DNA from: Mobula hypostoma
Lineage: Eukaryota
NCBI RefSeq assembly: GCF_963921235.1
Contig: NC_086105.1
Coordinates: 59,396,001 to 59,460,000 of the forward strand
Direction of reading: 5' to 3'
Length of the DNA stretch: 64,000 nt
The first letter of the stretch is position 1, and each line of letters opens with the position of its first letter. Positions 38,392 to 50,179 of the stretch are shown in pieces. The translations under genes were made by a program, and so were the position numbers. Below the pieces are notes generated by a model. That model saw only the letters and a program-made list of their open reading frames with translations, was not told where the DNA came from and made no database searches.

Positions 38392-39448
38392 CTATCCATA
38401 TATTTTAAGAGACAAACATGTTAATTTTGAAAGAAAAATAGCACAAACTTTAAAAACATGCATGCAATCACAGTGCATGCCTCAAGCCTCTCTGCTTAAA
38501 TCATCCTTCACATGAAGAAACTGGAATAAGTTTCCATGGGTATCTGAATTAATCAATAATTTTGAAAGAATTTAATCGAATTTCAAAGTAACATAAATTT
38601 ATTATTGAAGTACATATATGTCACCATATACAAACCTGAGATTAGTTTTCTTGTGGGCATACTCAATCCAATAACCATAATAGGAATCAATGAAAGACTG
38701 CACCAACAGGGAAGGCAACAAGTGTGCAAGAGGCACAAACTGTGCAAACACAAAAGAAAAAAAAAATATCGAGAACATGAGATGAAGAATCCTTGAAAAT
38801 GAGTCTACATGTTGTGTGAACAGTACAGAGATGGGGCAAGTGAAGTTCAGTGAAGTTTTCACTTCTGATTCAGGATCCTGATGGTTGAGGGGTAATAACT
38901 ATTCCTGAACCTGGTAGTGTGAGTCCTGAGGCTCCTGTACCTGACTGCAGGTGCGAGAAGAGAACATGTCTTGGGTGGCGAGGGTTCCTGATGATGGATG
39001 CTGCTTTTCTATAACAATGCACTGTGTAGATGTGCTGAATGGTGGGGAGGGCTTTACCTATGATGAACTGGGCCATATCCACTAAACCAGATTTCTAATC
39101 TCCCTCCTATATGCTGAATCATCCTGTTCACAAAATAAATTAAACTGTGCAACAGAACTTGCGTGCCACAATATCCAAACTTATTCTCAATTCCTCTTGC
39201 CAAAACAATGCTATTCTAATGCCCAAGGCCATTAATTTTATTAACTTATTACCCAGCTATAAAAGATTGAAACAGACTCCTTGTAATAGAATTAATATCC
39301 ATGTAGTTAATTACTTATCCATTTAAGTAAATGTTCCACATGCTTTATGGCTTATTAATAACAAAACATGGATATGCTTCCATCACTACTTTTGTTAATA
39401 ATCATTAACCCTGTGCATAACTCAGGAACCTAGCCCACACACACATAC

Positions 39449-39526
39449 CTTCATCAGGGACTGAGTGATGCAGAAAAGTTGAATCAGCTTCTCAGGCTCT
39501 TCTGCTGTCAATTCATTTCCTTCAAC
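39449..39526 (-). CDS. CEP290: CEP290 exon 3 (78 nt)
   Basis: VEGNELTAEEPEKLIQLFCITQSLMK; ag/gt flanks. Confidence 0.95.
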
Positions 39527-39618
39527 CTATGAAGAGAAATTCCGTTATTGCTTAAAATTATCAAATGGGGAGAAAAAAAAGGTCAACACTGAAGCTCAAT
39601 GGAAGTGAAAAGGAATAC

Positions 39619-39720
39619 CTTAGATATAGTGTCTAACAGTTTATCTGCTAGTTTCTCTCGGCTTGGCAAAGAATCCGGATCAACTTTCATTAACTTCTCC
39701 CAATCCAGAATAGGAGCCAT
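39619..39720 (-). CDS. CEP290: CEP290 exon 2 (first coding exon, 102 nt coding; exon begins at 39732)
   Basis: Acceptor ttttcccaccag|ctctccaccaacATGG (strong Kozak); MAPILDWEKLMKVDPDSLPSREKLADKLLDTISK; donor gtattc. Confidence 0.95.
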
Positions 39721-41133
39721 GTTGGTGGAGAGCTGGTGGGAAAAAAAAACAAGAATGTCAATGGATCAAACCACTCTGAAAACCAAGACTTCCTCCTGGT
39801 GCTCCAATTTTCCCCACACTACAAAGAAGTACGGGTTATTACGCATTACTAAGTTGTGGGCGTGCTGCGTCAGTACCAGAAGTATGGTGAAATTTGTGGA
39901 CTACCCCAGTATAACCCCGGACTGAGTTGGTCATTGAAGCACAGGATGCATTTCACTGTTTGTTTTGCACTACAATCTTTTCATCGTTCTGCTGTTTTGC
40001 TCTTATTGCGGTATTTATTATTACCACGGTCACTGTTCTCTCTGAGCTTCATGCGAGCAAGGAATTTCATTGCACCCTGGTGTATGTGACGATAAAATAA
40101 TATGATTGTAAATCTGAATCAAAAACATTTCTTTCCTCTGGTCATCGGATGAACTTCTGATGTACATAGACAATGGGGTAATGACTATATAGTTCTTTGT
40201 CTGTATTGGGGCACCCTATAACACCTCTTTGGGACAGCACGGTAGTGTGGTGGTTAGCACAACACTTTATAGTACAGGTAACCAGATTCAATTCATGCCC
40301 GCTGCCTGTAAGGAGTTTGTACGTTCTCTACGTTACCACATGTCTGTTGGGAGGCGTGGCTTGAAGGGCAGGAAGGACCTATTCTGACTTTATCTCAATA
40401 AAATAAAAAAAATCATCTAAGTGAAATTTGCAGTCCTTTCCAATAATTACATTTACCAATTACAAACATTTGCTTCTAGTTGCAAGTATCACTACTAGGC
40501 TCAATTGTTAACAGTTTTAATAAATTATCAACTTATTTGACATCTGATTTCATTCCATCCCAAATTTTTCTTTCGAAGGAAGTAGAGTTCGAACAATTTG
40601 AGAAAAGATATGCGGAATGCACTGAGAATGCAGTTGAGATGCACTTCTCATGAGATGAATGGTTCAGGAAAGCATTTCTTTCTCATGTTGACTAATTGAT
40701 GGAGATTGATTTCATTATATTACTATTGGGAAGGACTGCAAACTAGATGAGCCTGTTTTATTTCTTTCCAAACATCCCAGGAGATCCTGGGTTTAAATAT
40801 CCGCCTTTTTGCTAGCATCGCAAATTTGTAGTCAGGACCAAATCAATAGTTTGCCATCCATTCCCTCATTATGTATGGCCACAAAGCACAGGAATTAATC
40901 ATCAACAGCTGGTACCATAAATTAAATTTAAGCATAATCTTGTATTAATCTCCATCAGAAGCAGCTCATCAGAGCTGACAGATAGTTCATGGTCCATTCC
41001 TTTGATTGGCGAGCATAACCATTAGAGATTTTCATGAGATTTAGGACATGATGGCTTTGGAAAGGGTGCAGATGAGGTTCATCAGGATGTTGCCTGTATG
41101 GAACATTCCAGTTATTAGGACAGGATAGGCTGA

Positions 41134-41258
41134 ACAACAGGAATTCTGCAGATGCTGGAAATTCAAGCAACACACATCAAAGTTGCTGGTGAACGCAGCA
41201 GGCCAGGCAGCATCTATAGGAAGAGGCGCAGTCGACGTTTCAGGCCGAGACCCTTCGT
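41134..41258 (-). mobile_element. About 125-bp Penelope-like 3' end, truncated at the hammerhead, inserted in a CR1 fragment
   Basis: TSD caggataggctga at 41121-41133 and 41259-41271; hammerhead core at about 41230-41263. Confidence 0.85.
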
Positions 41259-42106
41259 CAGGATAGGCTGAGTTTGTTTTCTTTGGAGAGGAAACAGCAT
41301 TGATTGTGGCTTTTATATCTTCCTTTTCAACTCCATTCTCCTGCCTTCTCCCCAGAACCTTTGACACCCTTACCAATCGACCTCTGCTTTAAATATATCC
41401 AACGACTTGGCCTGCAAAGCCATCTGTGACAATGAACTCCACAGATTCACCACATACTTGCTAAAAAAAAAAACCCTCCTCATCTTTGTACTAGACAGGA
41501 TTGGATTGACCATGGACAATCTACACCTCAGTCCAGGAACAACATGCTGGCTGATCGGTACCCAGAACCAAACAACTCTCAAGTGGCTCCTTGTCTGCAA
41601 CAATCACGATGCATATATTGATCCATATTTCCCATGTAAATGATACCATAACAACATACATGTGGTATCCATTGATTGCCTGTAGATTTTTTTCCTGCAA
41701 ATACTTCACCACACTAAAATTTAGACTATCTCCTCTTCATAGATTTGCTCTGCTTTAAAAAGTACCAATGAGCTTTTGGAATAATGTCCATTTTCTCACC
41801 ACTGGCAAACAGACTGATATATATTGATCACCAGCTATTAGCAATGAATCTTTCTAGAAAGAGGTTTGTTTACTTAAAGGAGAAAATTAGATCTGCATAA
41901 TTATCTCTAGGAAGGTTAGATTTTATTGTTTATTAAACTTGGAGTTACTTTAAGATGGACCAGAGAACATAAAACAGTATAGAACAGAACTGGCCCTTCA
42001 ACCCATAGTGCTCTGCTGACTTGTATTAACCAACTCCATAATCAATCCAACTCCCCTCTCTTTCATCACCCATAACCCTATATTTTTCTTACATCCATGT
42101 GCCTAT

Positions 42107-42948
42107 TGTGACGAGAATACACATAGATAAGATGTTAGCTGTCCTGTGTGATCAGCAGTTGGTCTGCCACCTGTCTTCAAGAGAGAGATAAGGAACACAA
42201 TGAAACAGCATCTGGAGATGTGTAATGAAGGGACGGGAGAGAGAGAGCTGTCTGGAGCGGCTCCCCCTTTGAACCCTGAACTGTTTGAAGTGATGGACAG
42301 GTGATACCCCAGCAGGGGGATAAAAAGGGACAGGTTCACTAAGGCAGGACACACGACACCCGAGGTAACGAGACCCTGGAAGCGGTGCACCTCTCACGAG
42401 TCGGTGGGAAGTACCGGACAACGCACAGGGTAGAAAGGCACGATCAGCGGGAACCCGGTGTGTGTCCGCCCTTGCTTGGGTGCCGGGTTCACTGCCGAGG
42501 ATCGACCGCATCTGGAGGAGGGGTCACAGTCGGTGACCTCAGGTGACATCACCAAGGACCTGCCCAAAAGCTGTTTGTGAGCAATTATCGCCGGTCTGTG
42601 AGTGGAAGTCGTTTCTGAATGATCAGTCGTTCCCGTTCTCTCTCTCTCCCCCCCCACGTTGTCCATCGCCATGGCAACGATTACTGCGAACTGAACTAAA
42701 TTGGACTGAACTTTTGTGTCACTTTGAAATTTGGTCATTTACCCCTAGACAACGATAGAGCTTGATTGATGCTGTTATCTTAATTCTGTGCACGTGTGTT
42801 TATCATTGCTGAACTGTTGCATTTATTATCCTTCCGATTACTGTGTTGCTTGTTTCTTTAATAAAACTTTCTTAGTTCTAGTAATCCAGACTCCAACTGA
42901 GTGATCCATTTCTGCTGGTTTGGCAACCCAGCTACGGGGTACGTAACA
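42107..42948 (+). mobile_element. Solo LTR, same family as 16028-16907
   Basis: TGTGACG...CGTAACA, 4-bp TSD CTAT, alignable along its whole length to the first copy; interrupts a CR1 fragment. Confidence 0.9.
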
Positions 42949-44932
42949 CTATCTAATAGTCTCGTAAATGTTCCTAATGCATCTACCTCAACCATCACCC
43001 CTGGCAGTGCATTCCAGGCACTTACCACTGTGTGCATATAAAAAAAAACTACCTCTGATATCTCCCCTGAAAAGGATATCCTCTGGTATCAGTAATTTCT
43101 CCCATGGGAAAAGGTGCTATATTTCCACACTATCTATGCCTTTTTTCAGTTTATTCATGTCTAGCAAGTCACCTTTCACCCTTCTGTGCTCCAAAGAGAA
43201 AATCCTTAGCTCAATCAACCAATTCTCAGAAGACACGCACTCTAATCCAGGCAGCACCCTGGTAAATCTCCTCTACATCCTCTCTAAAACGTACACATTC
43301 TTCTTACAATGAGATGACCGGAACTGAACACAATACTCCAGGTCTGGTCTTACCAGCTGTTTATAAATATGCACTACTACCTTGCAGCTCTTGAACTCAG
43401 TACCCCAACTAACCAAGGCCAACACACCATACACTTTCTTAACAACCCTATCAACTTGAGCAGCAACTTTAAGGGATCTATGGATTTGGACCCTAATCTC
43501 TGTTCCTCCACACTGGTGAAAATGGATGAGATAAGTATCAAATTAAAATTCCCAGAAAAATGAGGAATTTGATTGAACAAAACACTCGATTGCGGTATCC
43601 GTAAGAGAAGTCCACCTGTCCCACGTAATTTCAATATTTTATCTTCAGTGCAGAGGTTTGTGATGGACCCCATCAATAGCAAATAAAACTGCAGGGACAT
43701 ATTGCCTGCATCAAATCTAATCTCCCAACAAACTATTAAGAAAATCAGAATAGGAAGAAAATCTGCAGTGAGATCTGCATATTATAATAGATAAGACTGA
43801 TGCTGAAGGCAGATAAAGCTTAGATGATTAGCATTGAAATTTGCCTCTGCATATTCTTGCAGTTTGTCTTCCCCGTTTTCTCTGCAGCTGCTACACTTTA
43901 TTCTGCATTCAGTTATTGTCTTACCTTGTACTACCTCAATGCAGTGTAATCAACTGATTTGTATCAGCAGTATGCAAGACAAGCTTTTTCACTGTATCTT
44001 GATACACGTCATAATAATCAATTCAATTAGCTAAAAATTGATTCACCCAGAAATACTTGCTACATACACAAAATTAACTGCCCATATTTATAACATATGG
44101 TATATCTTATTGTCACAAATGTGACAAACATTATATTTACTGTTGGAAATTTGTGCTATATCATAGCAGGATCATGGAATCACACAATCATCGGAGCATG
44201 AGTGGCAGGTATTTGAACCATCACCCATACCAGCTCCCCAAGCAGGAAAGCAATAAATACTGCCTCCATTTTCATCCAGCATGGATAGGATGCGCTCAGT
44301 GGTTTCCATCTGTGCTGCAAGTTTCTATGATTAATTCAATGCTCTCACAACTTGAAAATCTGAATTCAAAACAGAAAATATTATGTACACTCATTAGGTC
44401 AGGCAGCATCTAGGTATAAAAACACAGGTCACAGACCCTTCATCAGAACAGATATTCTCAGATTTTTTTTCCAGAGTAAGGGAAAGGCAAAGGCAGAGCA
44501 CAATTCCCATGGCCCAATGATCTTTATCCAAACATTCATCAGGATTTTACTTTCTTGACTACCAACAAAATTCCTATCAGCCCTTAGTTTTTATTTCAAG
44601 ATTTACATTTTCTAACATGACTTCATATTTTTCTAACCTTACCAAATATTGAAAAGCCTAGATAGAGGGGAAGTGCAGAGGTCATTTTCAGTAGTGGAAG
44701 AGTTTAGGATCAGAGGGCAAAGCCTCAGAATAAAAGGACACCCCTTTACAGAAGAGATGGGGAGGAATTTCTTTAGCCAGGGGCTGGTGAATTTGTGGAA
44801 TTCATTGCCATAGGTGGCTGTAGAGGTCAAGTCATTGAGTTTATTTAAAGCAGAGGTTGATAGGTATGTAAATAGTAAGGGTGTCAAAGGTAATGGGGAG
44901 TAGGCACAAGAATGTGGTTGAGACAGAAAATA

Positions 44933-46236
44933 TAGTGGATTCCAGTTAATTGGGACACATCAGGACACATCATTTTCACCCAATTAAGCAGCTGCTCCAA
45001 TTAGCCGAAGTTTCATAGAAATAGTTAAAAAGGTATAAAAAAGACAAATTAGTTTAACTGAGTAACTAATTATGTATTTAAATGAAATATAAAACAAATT
45101 AGAATACTACCAATAGTACTACAGTACTATAAAACTGTGTATTAGTTTCGAATAGTTATCGATGGGGCAATTCATCGGGTGTATGTGCTGTGTATGGGGT
45201 GTCCAGGGAGGGGTAGCACCTCTGGTAAAGGGGCTGTTTGGTCCATTCTGGGGCAGCCCACTCACCTTTGGTCCCTACTCAGCTCTTAGCTGTGTCTCCA
45301 AGTAACTGTTTGTATGCAATAGCAGCCATACCCTAGGATAACCATTTCGACAGACAGGCTAAACTCAGTGAAATAGGGACGTCCCTGTCCTAGTATGTGA
45401 AGTCATCTCCGGTGGACTGAGCAGATAAGATCAAAAGTGAGATCCAATGGCCAAGAAGGCAGTTCTTCGCTGCTTCGTGGAGAGTGAGACAGATAAGACA
45501 TGATAACACATGATAAGACACAGAAGAACCACTGCAACCAAGCTTGTGACAACAACTTGTACCACTGGACCCAGATTTCCAAGGTTGAGAGAATGGAACT
45601 GTCCCAGTGCAATGGTTTTTCCACTTTAAAAACGCTCCTACACAGGTTTCACTATCATTGACAGACATCCAACACACTACTGTGTTCTTTTGATTGAGTT
45701 AGTACAGACACATAATGCAAATAATGGACTGCCTTCATACAATTCTTTCAGTGGTTGCATCCTCCAAATCTTCACTTTCATTGTAACATTCAAGATGACT
45801 GTTGATACCTTCACATTCTCCATACCTCCTAACTTTTTAAAGTAATAGTTTTGTTTTTACTCCTGGCCATTTCTGGCATCTCCAAGCCTGAATCCTTGAA
45901 ACTGCAGTAAGCAAAACTTGTCTAAATTGTCTTCCTGCTCATTTCTCACCAACTCTCAGTACAAAAATCACTGCTTTTTGAACACAAACACACACAACTA
46001 ACACCACTTAAAAACTCTAAGCACAGTGTGGTGTCCAACAGCCACACAAATGCACTTGACTGATACCAGTTAGAAACTGTTTGGCATCAGTCTTCTGACC
46101 CAATTAAGCCACGTAGGGTTCCAAATAAACAAAGGGAATCCTGGCTATTTTCTTGACTAGTTTTTGTCCTTTAATAGTTGACCCAAATAAGCAGCTGCCT
46201 CGATTAACCAATGGACTAAGTAGCTGGAATCCACAG
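44933..46236. mobile_element. Same Tigger-like MITE family in the opposite orientation, inserted in a CR1 3' UTR, with an internal insertion at about 45195-45675
   Basis: tagtggattccagttaattggg ... gctggaatccacag with TA flanks; a further partial copy at about 28126-28360. Confidence 0.8.
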
Positions 46237-46541
46237 TAAATCAATCATGATTGAATGGTGGAGCAGACCCAAATGGCCTAACTCTGATCTGATCTTCACT
46301 TGTGTCTCTTATGTACACAGCAATCCCATAATATCAAAAGTGAGTACACTGTATATTTGATAACTACACCTCCAAATCATAGCCGAAAGGAAATACATTG
46401 GTTATCAGCAAACAGTATTAAAACACAATGTTACACACTTACCTAAATCATGCAGGTAATTAACAGACATTTCCAAACAGCCATTTGCCGACATCACTGC
46501 AATCCAGTGGGTAAAAGCCATTTACTAACATAAGACCTGTG

Positions 46542-47747
46542 CAATGTTTCCTTTAAGGTGTGTGCGCACACACACACACATCTTTTGCTACTAGTGCACA
46601 AAGGAATTTAAACTACGCACAAAAGGCTGTCACCCTTTACAACTTTGGTATGTTAAGTATATTTCATGATCATACACAATCACATTTCCTTTTCCGGTTT
46701 CTGATGCGGACTGTAACATGGACTATAACACCAGAACTCCAAAGAAACTTAGAAGCAACAGAAATGTGGTTTCTTAGAAGAATGCTGAAAATATCATATA
46801 CAGATAGGGTAACTAATGAGACATACTCCAACGTGCCCATACAAAAAGATCTTTAATAAGAACATTAAATGAGAGGAAACTTAAATTCCTGGGCCATGTC
46901 ATCAGAAAGCGAGAAATAGAATGCCTTACATTATAAGGCCGTATGCCTGGGAAACGCAGCAGAGGAAGTCAAAGAAGAAAATATATGGACACTGTGAAAG
47001 AACTAACAGATCTAAGTGTGCGAGATATCATTGATGCTGCGAGGGATCGTTCGATGTGGACAGCCAGGATCACCCAAGCGTGTAACGTGCAAGGCACATG
47101 AAGAAGATGCGGACTGTGTTGACAACGTGGAGTTTGCGATTATTTGTTTGCACATTGTGGAACTGGCTTATTTATACTTTCTTATTGAAGAAATTATTGA
47201 TTATGTCAAATTCTAAAGAAGCAAAGGGTGTGATGCACAAAAGAACTACTAGTTCATTTAAAGCAGAATGGCTTAATGAAACAGTAGAAACTGCTACACT
47301 GAAAGCTCATGAGGTCAAGAACATGCAGTTCTGAGAAATATTTATGTACAATACAGCAACTGGTGTTACCTGTGTGTATTGTCACGATGCAAAAGTTGCT
47401 GGAGAATTTGCAAGTGGGAAGAAGTGGAGTGATATTTGGAAACTTGACTTTTAAAGCATCATTTAGTAAGCAGATCACATATGGACGGTGTCCAAAAGCT
47501 CTAGTGGGAAAATCCTTCATTACCTGCTGCAGATCTGCTACGCATGTTTTGTGAGAGTGCAGATGGATGAGAGCAAAAGCAATCAAACCCAAAGGAGATC
47601 AAATTTCTTATTGACAGTGTTTTGCTAGCTGTTAAAATGGTTACCTCTATATATAAAATTCGGTGCGCATATGTTGCCACCGAGCAAAAAATTGCACAGC
47701 ACAAGATTTTTGCGCATACTGGTCATTACAAATTAGAGGGAACACTG
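46542..47747 (+). mobile_element. hAT-type DNA transposon remnant
   Basis: TIRs caatgtttcctttaa / ttagagggaacactg; degenerate 8-bp TSD gacctgtg/gaccagta; transposase N-terminal remnant (FKAEWL...CVYC). Confidence 0.75.
46715..47105 (+). mobile_element. RTE-clade LINE 3' fragment nested in the hAT element
   Basis: TWTIT...LEATEMWFLRRMLKISYTDRVTNE; (GAA)n tail; TSD gatgcggactgt at 46703-46714 and 47106-47117. Confidence 0.85.
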
Positions 47748-48079
47748 GACCAGTATACCACAGACACTTGTCTGCAATCCTCCAAGTTAACTGGAAGGAT
47801 AAAGATCCAATGTCAAGTACCCTCTCCCAGCCCAGGCTCCCTGTATTGAGACCATTGGCTCAGTTATTGCTATTGAACTGAATACATTATTCTGATTACA
47901 TCGCTGATCCCTGACACTTTATTCCAAGCACTGCCACAGGATTAGATAACCAGATGTATAAAACAGAAAATTCACAGAGGTGCTCAGATCTTCCCTCAAG
48001 AAATGCAACATTCTGACTAAATCCGAGGACTCTTTGCCCCAAGTCTGCTCAAAGTGGAAAAGCAGCATTCAGGATGGTA

Positions 48080-48807
48080 CAGGTTTTGTAACCCTTAACC
48101 AAAATTTCAAAATCCAAAAGCCTCTGAAATTCCCAAAAAATTTTTAGTGCTGACATGACGTCACAAATGGAAAATTCCACAAAGTGCTGGGAAGGTTCCC
48201 AGGTGATGTGCAGGTCTCTCGGCACCACAGACAGTTCTGAGATGTGACCTCACAAATGCAATGAACATTTGGCTCCTAACTCTCCACATCGAACAATCCC
48301 TCCAAGCGTCAATGATATCTCGCACACTTAGATCTGTCAGTCCTTTCACAGCGTTAATGCGAAATTTAAGAAAAGCACATACAGTAAGATCTCAATGTGT
48401 ACTGAAAGAGTGGATTCATCAGCGGAATGAACATTTGCCACTTAACTGTATGCTGGTCATGAAACAAGCAAAAATCTACACAAAGAACTGAAAAATTGAA
48501 GGTTATTGTGAATATTCAGCAGGCTGGCTGCAGAAATTTAAGAAAAGGCATGGCATTTTTTTTAACGTTTGTGTTGATAAAGCATCACGAACCAGCAGAG
48601 AAATTCATCGATGAGTTTGCCAAGATCGGTGCTGATGAAAATCCAGCACGCTGAACGGCTACACCAGTAGTGATGAACAAGACTGCTTACCGGTAGCGCG
48701 TAAACTCAGAGTTGTAAATCTTGGCAATCTCGAACTATCTCATCGTATATTCTGAAGTCCAAAATACTCCCAGCCCCAAGCATTTCAGATAAGGGGAACT
48801 TAACCTG
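48080..48807 (+). mobile_element. Tigger/pogo element with CENP-B-like HTH remnant
   Basis: TA-flanked TIRs caggttt...cccttaa / taagggg...aacctg; LKEWIHQR...KQAKIY...SAGWLQKFKKRHG. Confidence 0.8.
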
Positions 48808-49131
48808 TACTGAGAATTGCAAGTCCAAGCAAAAGGATGTAGAACCCTTTCATTTGATAGAACGAATACCTGTACCTACTTCACAAACCACCCACCCTAC
48901 CTGCTACCCGCCCCCCCATCTTCTTGTAGAAGAGTCTGTGGTCCCCATTTTCCTGTAGAAGAGTCTGTGGTCCCCACAAATAAAAAAAACTAGAATGGGA
49001 GCAAGTCACCCTCGATCACAAGGAACCGCCGGAGTAGACATTTCCAAAAAATCTTTGACGGATCCTCGACCTGCCATACCCCACCAGGGCATTATAGGAT
49101 ACCACCCGCTCCGCCTTCCCCCTCTCGCTAC

Positions 49132-49360
49132 GGCCTTACGGGTCACCTTACATCCCCTCCCCGCTACCTTCTGCTCCCAGCCCGGGACCGTACGAACCGC
49201 CAACACACCACTCCCCGCTTCCTAGCCTCCATCCCGGGGCCTTACGGGTCACCCTACATCCCCTCCCCGCTACCTTCTGCTCCCAGCCCGGGACCGTACG
49301 AACCACCAACACACCACTCCCCGCTTCCCAGCCTCCATCCCGGGGCCTTACGGGTCACCC
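49132..49360. repeat. 106-bp GC-rich tandem repeat, about 2.2 copies
   Basis: ggccttacgggtcacc recurs at 49132, 49238 and 49344, and the units are nearly identical. Confidence 0.92.
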
Positions 49361-49433
49361 AAGCCCCCACCCGGGGCCGTACAGGACGCCCCGAGCCTGC
49401 GATTAGCAGGACCCCGCCCAGAGATGCTCTCAC

Positions 49434-49550
49434 CTCCCTCGGGCCGGAGTCTAGATCAGCGCGGGGAAGAAAGTGGGCCCGGTACCGGCTGCTAGGCGAC
49501 CACTCAAGCTCTTCACGGCAGCTGGCAACCCGCTTTACGGCAAAACGAGC
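49434..49550 (-). other. CEP290: Putative non-coding exon 1 of CEP290 (5' end approximate)
   Basis: In a CpG island, with minus-strand donor GAG|gtgaga at 49434/49433. The ATG exon has an acceptor only 12 nt upstream of the ATG, so an upstream non-coding exon is required. Confidence 0.6.
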
Positions 49551-50179
49551 ATGCTCGCGAGACTCGGCGCCAAAAGAGGGCGGGGCCTGGGAGGGGAGGG
49601 ATGCGGAGGCATCGGTGATGAGGGTAGTGATGGGGCAATGGAGCATCTGTGACCATCCATCTCATGCAGAACCCTCATGACTTTATAAACTTCAGTAGGT
49701 CATTCCTCATTCTTCACCATCCAGGCCACTTGCACAATGGTTTCTACCCCCTTCCTCTCCAGTCCTGATGAAGAGTCTCAACCCAAAAGAACAACTCTAT
49801 TCCTTTCCACGGTTTTGGCCTGACCTGCTCAGTTCCTCCAGCATTTCTTTTGGTTTACTCCAGATTTTCAGCATCTGCAGAATCTCTTGTGTTTTTAATG
49901 GGGTTTGGGGTATGCACATGGAGTTATACCTCACTGACATAAGCCCTTAAGATGCCATGTCCAATCTGACCTTTTTAATCTGTCTACAGTCTTTCCATTT
50001 GTCTGCTCGCTGGCACAACGACTCCTGGATCAGGCACAGGAAACAACAAAGAAGAAAGATTAAATAGGCCGGGGCCCTTTCAGATAGATGAGGTGTGATC
50101 TTATCAAAGCATACAGTTCTTAAGGAGATGGACAGGATAGCAGACCGGGCTACACCTGCCCATTCACCTCCTATCTTCA

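Larger units (their letters stand above)
1..49550 (-). other. CEP290: CEP290 gene, 5' portion (exons 1 to about 21; continues beyond the left edge)
   Basis: Spliced minus-strand exons translate to MAPILDWEKLMKVDPDSLPSREKLADKLLDTISK...GGRDTRFLREE...HLKAQVDQLTGRNEELRQELRE, collinear with the human CEP290 N-terminal coiled-coil region. Exon sizes and phases match. Confidence 0.97.
49010..49630 (-). promoter_or_regulatory. CpG island and CEP290 promoter with RFX X-box-like, CGCG/BANP-like, E2F and GC-box motifs
   Basis: CpG-dense against a CpG-poor background. GTCGCCTAGCAGC on minus (49488-49500) and GCTGGCAAC (49521-49529) resemble X-boxes. Also GCTCGCGAGA 49553-49562, TTTTGGCGCC on minus 49566-49575, GGGCGGGG 49578-49585. 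Confidence 0.75.

Noticed and set aside
16028-42948. The two LTRs as ends of one giant provirus
   Set aside because: Each LTR has its own distinct 4-bp TSD, and the intervening DNA is CEP290 with no gag or pol.
49132-49360. CRISPR-like array
   Set aside because: Eukaryotic context, whole units are duplicated with no unique spacers, and there are no cas genes.
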